A stretch of DNA of 32,000 bases, from contig JAQTTP010000001.1 of assembly GCA_028710695.1 (NCBI GenBank), positions 120,001-152,000 of the forward strand. Direction: 5' to 3'. Below, in pieces: positions 8,046 to 14,104 of this stretch (position 1 is its first letter; every line of letters begins with the position of its first letter). The position numbers and the translations under genes were made by a program. Below the pieces are notes generated by a model that was not told where the DNA came from, did not search any database, and saw only the letters and a program-made list of their open reading frames with translations. This DNA is from Candidatus Iainarchaeum sp. GTDB lineage: Archaea; Iainarchaeota; Iainarchaeia; Iainarchaeales; 0-14-0-20-30-16.

Positions 8046-8807
8046 ATGCCAATAAGAAAAACTCATTTGGAAAGATTAAAAAAAGAGGGATATAACCCCC
8101 GTGAAATTCGAGCAATAGAGTTAGGAACATCTCAAAATACAGTAGCACAAGTAAAGCAGATACGTGATAGAATTAGGGAAGACCCAAAGCTTCTAAAAAG
8201 GTTTAGGGATTTGTCCGTAAAAAATCGAGAAGTATCCGAAGATCAATGGAGAAAAGACAGGTGCTTTTTAGATTATAATAATTTATTTAAACTAGTTCTT
8301 GATGAGCCGTTGTATGGTTTTTTAGTACGAATGGCCCAAGGAAAAAAGAAATTAAAAGTTTTAGACGAGGGCGCAGGATTTGGGCTGTTCTTATTAGACC
8401 TAAAAGAAATGCTTGAAAAAGAAGGAATAGACACAGATACAACTGCAGTAGTTCTTAAAAAACACAGTTTACTTGACACTTATCACAAAGATGGAAAAGT
8501 TGACCATGTTTATGTTGGACGTTCGGAATTCTTTTTACCAGATAGAAATTATGATGTAATATTTTCTCTATATGGCGGGATACATTATACTTTATCAGAA
8601 TTTAAAAAACAAATTCTGGTTAAATATGCTTCAGCACTGAATCGTGGCGGTGTTGCACTTATTGGTGCAGACTTGATAGGTATTAGAACACCGTTATTTG
8701 AACAAATGAAAATTGCATTTAGAAAAAGAGGATTTGAAATAAAACTATTTACTGGGGCAATACGCGGTGGACTCCCTACCGACATTTTGATGATCCGTAG
8801 ACTTTAA
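8046..8807 (+). CDS. class I SAM-dependent methyltransferase-like protein with N-terminal HTH-like segment
   Basis: Motif I-like VLDEGAGFGLF. The N-terminal REIRAIELGTSQNTVAQVKQIRDRI looks like an HTH. 18 nt downstream of the DUF2207 gene. Confidence 0.6.
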   Translation: MPIRKTHLERLKKEGYNPREIRAIELGTSQNTVAQVKQIRDRIREDPKLLKRFRDLSVKNREVSEDQWRKDRCFLDYNNLFKLVLDEPLYGFLVRMAQGKKKLKVLDEGAGFGLFLLDLKEMLEKEGIDTDTTAVVLKKHSLLDTYHKDGKVDHVYVGRSEFFLPDRNYDVIFSLYGGIHYTLSEFKKQILVKYASALNRGGVALIGADLIGIRTPLFEQMKIAFRKRGFEIKLFTGAIRGGLPTDILMIRRL

Positions 8808-10471
8808 ATTAGCGGATTATATGGTGGGAAATTTGTGTTTAAACTAGATTTTAGCTTCGCAATTTCATTATCGCACCAAACAAGCATTTTTTTATAATAT
8901 CCTTCAGTACTTGTATCTGTGTTTTGTGGGTTTGTTAATATTTCTAGTTGTAATTGAATTGTATCTACTAATACAGTATTATTTGCTTTTTTGGCCTGTT
9001 CTAAGCTTTCTAAAAGCTCTTTCTTCATTAGTTCTTTATTTTTTTTCATTGCGTCGGTTTCTTTTGGGGGCTCTATTTCATCAAGTTGCATTTGTGTTGC
9101 TGCAGCCATGTCAGCATCCCCCACCTGCTTGTAGTACTTTTGTTGTTCTAACAGCTCCGTCTTTCTGCTCTCCTTATCTTTTTTTGAAGCCTCACTCTCA
9201 ACTACTTTTTGTTTTGATTTTTTTTCTACAAGTTCTTTTAGTTTTTGTTCATATTCTTTTTTTGAATTTAAAATAGACTGATATTGATTAGCTGCTTGCT
9301 GGTTCTTTATTATTGCTCTTGCCCTTGGATCTATGCTATTTGCAGGATCTGAATAAATGCTATCCCCCTTGATAGTAATTTTGCTAGTTATAATAAAATC
9401 GGTAGGGGCATGACCTGGCATATTTGGATACCCAATTTTTCCACTATTATTATTTTTAATGGGGTTTGGTGTTCCAAAAATAGCTACAGAATTATCTCTA
9501 CAAAGTTCTAAATATGCGGAAATTTCATCACAAGCTTTTGATGACCTTTGGCCAACTTTGGCAATATACTTTGCAGCAATAGCAGCAGGCATTTTTGCAA
9601 TTAAGTTGTCTTGAATATTTTCCATCATTTTTGAAGATGGTAAAAACTCGAAATTAGGATATCCTGCAGGGAACTTTAAAAGGTTGTTTACATTTTTATT
9701 TCTGTCTAAAACTTTAATTTGGAATATTCCTTTGATTAATGAAACTGCAACAAAGTTATATTTAATAACTGTTGATGAACTATTTCTTTTAATAACATCT
9801 GGAACTTGAGATGGATCCATAAATGCTGGTTCTGGATGCTCTTCTTTTTTTGTTAAAATTAAACTAACTTCCGAATTTGGAAAAATAAAAATTTCTCTAT
9901 TATAATCGTCATTTGAAATAAAATCATTAATTGTGACGTAAGAATCGTTTCCAGTTTCTATTATATCTCCATTTTCTAAAACAAAAACAGAGTCGTTTGG
10001 GTTCATAAGCCTACTACCCATACCCATGCTTTCGCAAGGAGGAATAGAACTTTCTGGAAGAACTATTCTCTGTCCGCCACGTCTAACATACGCTTTGCCC
10101 ATGGCTTTAAAAGTAGGTGAAGATATGTGTGTATTTTTTGCTACTGTCAAAAATGAAAAATTATGTTTTTTCAGTAGTTCTATTTTTGTTTTGAATTTAT
10201 CATCATACTTGTATTCTACAGATATTCCATTAATAGACTTTGAAAATACTATCGGCGGATTGACTTTAAATTCGTCAGCAATCTTTTGGCATTCTTCTAT
10301 TTCTTCTAAATCTTTTCCTATTTGTCTGCCTTTTGCTTTAAATTCCTCTGTTTCTTTAGAATACGAGGTATCTGCTTTTATTTTTTTTATTGCATCTTCC
10401 TTCATTTTATTAATACGTGCAAAGAATTCTGCATCACTTTCCATTTTTGTACTTTTTTTATTGGTTACCAT
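8804..10471 (-). CDS. hypothetical protein (555 aa): beta-rich core paralogous to upstream gene, plus long C-terminal coiled coil
   Basis: Long ORF, 7 nt after the preceding gene. No TM segment or signal peptide. Residues ~388-515 are heptad-like and K/E/Q-rich. The core shares ordered motifs with the 402-aa neighbour. Confidence 0.8.
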   Translation of the reverse strand: MVTNKKSTKMESDAEFFARINKMKEDAIKKIKADTSYSKETEEFKAKGRQIGKDLEEIEECQKIADEFKVNPPIVFSKSINGISVEYKYDDKFKTKIELLKKHNFSFLTVAKNTHISSPTFKAMGKAYVRRGGQRIVLPESSIPPCESMGMGSRLMNPNDSVFVLENGDIIETGNDSYVTINDFISNDDYNREIFIFPNSEVSLILTKKEEHPEPAFMDPSQVPDVIKRNSSSTVIKYNFVAVSLIKGIFQIKVLDRNKNVNNLLKFPAGYPNFEFLPSSKMMENIQDNLIAKMPAAIAAKYIAKVGQRSSKACDEISAYLELCRDNSVAIFGTPNPIKNNNSGKIGYPNMPGHAPTDFIITSKITIKGDSIYSDPANSIDPRARAIIKNQQAANQYQSILNSKKEYEQKLKELVEKKSKQKVVESEASKKDKESRKTELLEQQKYYKQVGDADMAAATQMQLDEIEPPKETDAMKKNKELMKKELLESLEQAKKANNTVLVDTIQLQLEILTNPQNTDTSTEGYYKKMLVWCDNEIAKLKSSLNTNFPPYNPLI

Positions 10472-10478
10472 ATTTACA

Positions 10479-11687
10479 CTACCCTACTTTCACAGCACCA
10501 AATTTTTCTGTTAATGGTTTGTAAGTTCTCGGATTTTCTAAAATGTCATCATAGCTTTTTCCGTCAGAAGTTTTTGTAAGTTCTTTTGTCTTTGTTTTTA
10601 CTCCTGCCATACTGCCGGCAAAAGTTTTTGCAAATCTGTCAATGTTTTCATTACCCATGCCCTCTGTAAACCCCTTCATCATATTTAGACCTTTTTTCAT
10701 TTCTGCCATAAGACCTTTATCTTCCATCATTTTTAACATGTTTGGCAATTCTTTCATTTGTGCCATTATTTCAGGAGTAACTTCCGCCCCGCCTTGTTTC
10801 ATTAATCTAGTTAAATCATCTGGAGACATATTTTTCATCATTTCCATTGATCCTACTCCTTGTTCTAAATTGTTACCCAAATTTTTTATTTGATTAGCAT
10901 AATCAGTTGGATCAATAGTTGGTATTGAATTAGTTAGCATTTGATGAAATGTTGAAAGTAATGCCATTTGATTTTGGAATATATCATCCATGTTTGTCAA
11001 ACCCTTTCTATAAATTCCGTCTCTAGTTACAATTATTTCTTCAAAAGTGCTGGATTTTGCAGTGAATGTTTTTTTTGTCAGTTTATTCGTGTATTCTACT
11101 CCGCCCGCACCAATAGATGTTGATGCCGTTGGGGCACTATATACTGCGTTTTCAGATACATCAAAAAATCCATTGCCATCAAAATTAAATTTTATTAATG
11201 CAACAGGGGTTGTTAAAATATCTTCAGTATGGGAATAGCCTATTTGAAAAAAACCTTTTTTTAGTTCTACATTTTTTATTAGTTCTCCATGGTGCCTTTC
11301 TTTTGTTTTTGCATCTGTTTTGTCCCAACTTTCAAATCCAGATACTTGTAATTCACTATTTGGGCCCATAAAAATGCCTTTTGATGCTCTTGATTTGTAA
11401 TCATCAATTGGCTTGTCTTTACCTTTATTATAGCTAATGTCTATGTGAATTTTTGTTTTTGCACCAGAAATGATTGTATCCCCTTCCATAAGTTTTGGAT
11501 AATCTTTTCTAAACTTTTCAATTTTTTTATTATCTTTTGTTTTTTGGAATTCACTAATTAGATCAGTTTCCGTTTCTACAGGCGGAATATTAACTTTTTT
11601 TCCATCCTTTCTTTTTATAAATGCATTTGGGCCTGCAGCGCTCAAATCAATATGCCCTGTTTCAATATCAAAAAGCATTGCCATCAA
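10479..11687 (-). CDS. hypothetical protein (402 aa): beta-rich core plus Met-rich C-terminal module
   Basis: Long ORF, 13 nt after the zinc-ribbon gene. No TM segment or signal peptide. 15 Met occur in residues 281-344. The core is paralogous to the 555-aa protein. Confidence 0.8.
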   Translation of the reverse strand: MMAMLFDIETGHIDLSAAGPNAFIKRKDGKKVNIPPVETETDLISEFQKTKDNKKIEKFRKDYPKLMEGDTIISGAKTKIHIDISYNKGKDKPIDDYKSRASKGIFMGPNSELQVSGFESWDKTDAKTKERHHGELIKNVELKKGFFQIGYSHTEDILTTPVALIKFNFDGNGFFDVSENAVYSAPTASTSIGAGGVEYTNKLTKKTFTAKSSTFEEIIVTRDGIYRKGLTNMDDIFQNQMALLSTFHQMLTNSIPTIDPTDYANQIKNLGNNLEQGVGSMEMMKNMSPDDLTRLMKQGGAEVTPEIMAQMKELPNMLKMMEDKGLMAEMKKGLNMMKGFTEGMGNENIDRFAKTFAGSMAGVKTKTKELTKTSDGKSYDDILENPRTYKPLTEKFGAVKVG

Positions 11688-11700
11688 ATCACCAAAATAC

Positions 11701-12009
11701 TTACTTTAATTGACCACCACATTGTTTACAAAACTTTGTACCAACTGGATATTCAACATTACACTTTGCACAAACAACAATTAATCTATAACCGCAACCA
11801 GGACAAAACTTTGCGTCTGGTTCTAGCTTTATTTTACATTTCGGACATTTTTCTAATATTTTTGTTGCACTTTTGTCTCCCTTTATTTTGCTAATTCCCT
11901 TTTCTACACCACCAGTAATAGTATTTGTTGCTGCATCTGTTGCTCTATAAGTTAAATTATCTGCAGTTCTATTGAAAATTTTGTCTACAACACCATCAAA
12001 TAAACCCAT
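11701..12009 (-). CDS. double zinc-ribbon (DZR-like) small protein
   Basis: C-terminal CPKC-x13-CPGC followed by CAKC-x12-CKQC, giving two CxxC pairs per ribbon. N-terminus MGLFDGVVDKIF. SD AGGGTGA lies 6 nt upstream of the ATG. Confidence 0.8.
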   Translation of the reverse strand: MGLFDGVVDKIFNRTADNLTYRATDAATNTITGGVEKGISKIKGDKSATKILEKCPKCKIKLEPDAKFCPGCGYRLIVVCAKCNVEYPVGTKFCKQCGGQLK

Positions 12010-12015
12010 AAATAA

Positions 12016-12050
12016 TCACCCTAAGTTATATAAAATAAATAAGTATAAAA
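12016..12050 (-). promoter_or_regulatory. SD (AGGGTGA) and AT-rich TATA-like region for the three-gene operon
   Basis: The minus strand reads TTTTATACTTATTTATTTTATATAACTTAGGGTGA immediately upstream of the ATG at 12009. Confidence 0.35.
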
Positions 12051-12081
12051 GAGTTGCCCCCGTTGGGATTACTTCTGTGAG

Positions 12082-12933
12082 TTAAATATTTCCTAAATAC
12101 ACGTACTTTAAATACTTTTTTCCAATTTTTTCTGCCTCTTTTAAACTTTGTAGTTCGGTAGGGCTTTTGTTAAGCATTTTGTACATTGGGAAAAATCTAG
12201 AAATATGCCAAGGAATGTTTTTGTCAACGCTCGCAATGAATTTTGCAATATTTTCCAATTCTTTCTTGGAATCATTTTCGCCAGGAATTAATAATGTAGT
12301 TAATTCAATGTGAATTCCTTTTTTGTGTACTCTTTTTATTGAATCCAAAACAGGCTTTAGTTTTGTTCCGGAATGTTTTAAATAAAAATCATTTGAAAAA
12401 GATTTCAAATCAATATTCATTGCATCTATGTAAGGAGCAATAAAATCTAAAGACTTTTTTGTAAAATATCCATTTGTAACCAGGATATTTTTTAGACCAT
12501 TTTTATGCGCAAGTTCTGCAACATCTTTTACAAATTCAATGAAGATTGTTGGCTCATTGTAAGTATATGAAATACTTTTGCATCCAGACTCTAAAGCAAG
12601 TTCAACAATCTTTTTAACAGTATATTTCTGCCCCATAATTGTTTTTTCTTGAGAGATATCTGCGTTTTGGCAAAATTTGCATTTAAAATTGCAGCCAACA
12701 GTTCCAAAAGAAAAAGTTTTTGTGTTTGGAAGAAAATGATACAATGGTTTCTTTTCAATTGGGTCTACATGCACAGCAACTGGCTTGCCATAAACAAGCA
12801 GGTAAAGTTTATTTTTTAGATTTTTCCTTACTCCACACAAACCAGTTTTTCCATCAGAAATTACACATTTGTTTGCACAAGCAAGACATTGTACTTTGCC
12901 TTTGTAAGGCTTGTAAAGAATACATTCTTTCAT
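12082..12933 (-). CDS. AmmeMemoRadiSam system radical SAM enzyme
   Basis: Radical-SAM cluster motif GCNFKCKFCQN. An N-terminal Cys-rich segment (VQCLACANKCVISDGKTGLCGVRKN) is typical of this subfamily. It is divergently paired with a Memo-like gene. Confidence 0.85.
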   Translation of the reverse strand: MKECILYKPYKGKVQCLACANKCVISDGKTGLCGVRKNLKNKLYLLVYGKPVAVHVDPIEKKPLYHFLPNTKTFSFGTVGCNFKCKFCQNADISQEKTIMGQKYTVKKIVELALESGCKSISYTYNEPTIFIEFVKDVAELAHKNGLKNILVTNGYFTKKSLDFIAPYIDAMNIDLKSFSNDFYLKHSGTKLKPVLDSIKRVHKKGIHIELTTLLIPGENDSKKELENIAKFIASVDKNIPWHISRFFPMYKMLNKSPTELQSLKEAEKIGKKYLKYVYLGNI

Positions 12934-12966
12934 AACTATTATTAAGTTTAAGTTCTTATATTTCTT

Positions 12967-13671
12967 ATGGTTGTAGAATGGTATCCAGCAAGTAGGGCAG
13001 AACTAAACTTTATGTTAGAAGAATATCTAAATAACAAAGTGAAAGCAACAAAAAATATTCACGGACTTATTGTTCCGCACGCAGGTTATGAATTTTCTGG
13101 TGCTATTGCGGGGAAAGCATATTCTTTGTTAAAAGGAAAGAAATACGATAAAGTAATTATTCTTGGGCCCTCTCATTACAAGGGCTTTAAAGGAATCAAA
13201 GCCTTAAAAGAAATTATAACACCATTTGGAAAAGCGAAAATTACAAAAAATGATTATGAAAAATTAGATTATGAACATTCAATTCAAAACCAATTTCCCT
13301 TTATTCAAAAAATCTTGCCAAAAGCAGAAATACTACCATTAGTTGTAGGCCAAATAACCTTGAAAGAAGCAGAAGAATATGCAAAGAAGCTAATAACCCC
13401 AAACACATTATTTATCATATCTACTGACCTGAGCCATTTTTTGCCCTATGCGATTGCAGAAACAGCAGATAAGAAGACGATAAACATAATAGCAACACTA
13501 GACTTCGACAGCTTACAAGACTTAGATGCCTGCGGGATATTTCCTTTGCTTATTGGCATGAAAATATGTGAATTGAGGGGCTATAAGCCAAAGCTTGCGG
13601 AATACAAGAATTCAGGGGATGTTACTGGGGATAAGAATTCTGTTGTTGGATATGCTTCTTTCTGGTTCTAA
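12967..13671 (+). CDS. AmmeMemoRadiSam system protein B (Memo-like)
   Basis: Memo signature GLIVPHAGYEFSGAIAGKAY, plus GPSH and DLSHF metal-site-like motifs. Confidence 0.85.
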   Translation: MVVEWYPASRAELNFMLEEYLNNKVKATKNIHGLIVPHAGYEFSGAIAGKAYSLLKGKKYDKVIILGPSHYKGFKGIKALKEIITPFGKAKITKNDYEKLDYEHSIQNQFPFIQKILPKAEILPLVVGQITLKEAEEYAKKLITPNTLFIISTDLSHFLPYAIAETADKKTINIIATLDFDSLQDLDACGIFPLLIGMKICELRGYKPKLAEYKNSGDVTGDKNSVVGYASFWF

Positions 13672-13850
13672 AGGGATTACTTTTTATTAATTTGCCCCCA
13701 AATCTATCTTAAGAAAGCTTATAGGTGTCAAAGTTTAACCTGTGCCTTTAGGTATTGGTATTTTTTGACTTATTATTTGCTTATTTTTTGCCAGTTAAGG
13801 GCTATCGAGAAGCAGTTGCTTCGAAGATGGGCCCACTTTTGGCAGACTGT

Positions 13851-13867
13851 GCCTTTTTGTAAAAGGC
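13851..13867. repeat. palindrome GCCTTTT-TGT-AAAAGGC 3 nt upstream of tRNA-Ser
   Basis: 7-bp perfect inverted repeat with a 3-nt spacer. Function unknown. Confidence 0.5.
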
Positions 13868-13870
13868 TAG

Positions 13871-13953
13871 GCAGGGGTAGCGAAGTGGCTAACGCGTCAG
13901 ACTGCTAATCTGATCTCCGCAAGGAGGCGAGGGTCCGAATCCCTCTCCCTGCG
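13871..13953 (+). tRNA. tRNA-Ser (anticodon GCU), class II with long variable arm
   Basis: 83-nt cloverleaf folded by hand: acceptor GCAGGGG/TCCCTGC, anticodon stem TCAGA/TCTGA, loop CTGCTAA, variable arm CTCC-GCAA-GGAG, T-arm GAGGG-TCCGAAT-CCCTC. No encoded CCA. Confidence 0.9.
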
Positions 13954-13959
13954 TCTGTC

Positions 13960-13988
13960 TTTTCTTTCTTTTCCAAAAAGAAAGAAAA
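13960..13988 (+). terminator. 13-bp perfect hairpin (TTTTCTTTCTTTT-CCA-AAAAGAAAGAAAA) 7 nt after tRNA-Ser
   Basis: Perfect inverted repeat, and the 5' arm is itself a T-rich tract. An archaeal terminator or processing role is inferred only. Confidence 0.4.
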
Positions 13989-14104
13989 CCTAAGTTTGCT
14001 AAAGAAAGAAAAGGAAAGTATTGGTTTTCTAAAAAGGCTGGATTTTAAACTTTTTCTTTATCTTATATATATTATAATATTTTGACTTGTTTTGTGTGAT
14101 TTGA

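Noticed and set aside
8804-8807. 4-nt overlaps of convergent stop codons (also at 24035-24038)
   Set aside because: These are a consequence of compact genome packing (TTAA and CTAA shared stops), not a distinct element.
10026-10579. 162-aa and 85-aa plus-strand ORFs
   Set aside because: They are antisense to the 555-aa and 402-aa operon genes. The minus-strand frames are long, contiguous, tightly spaced and show paralogy, which an artefact would not.
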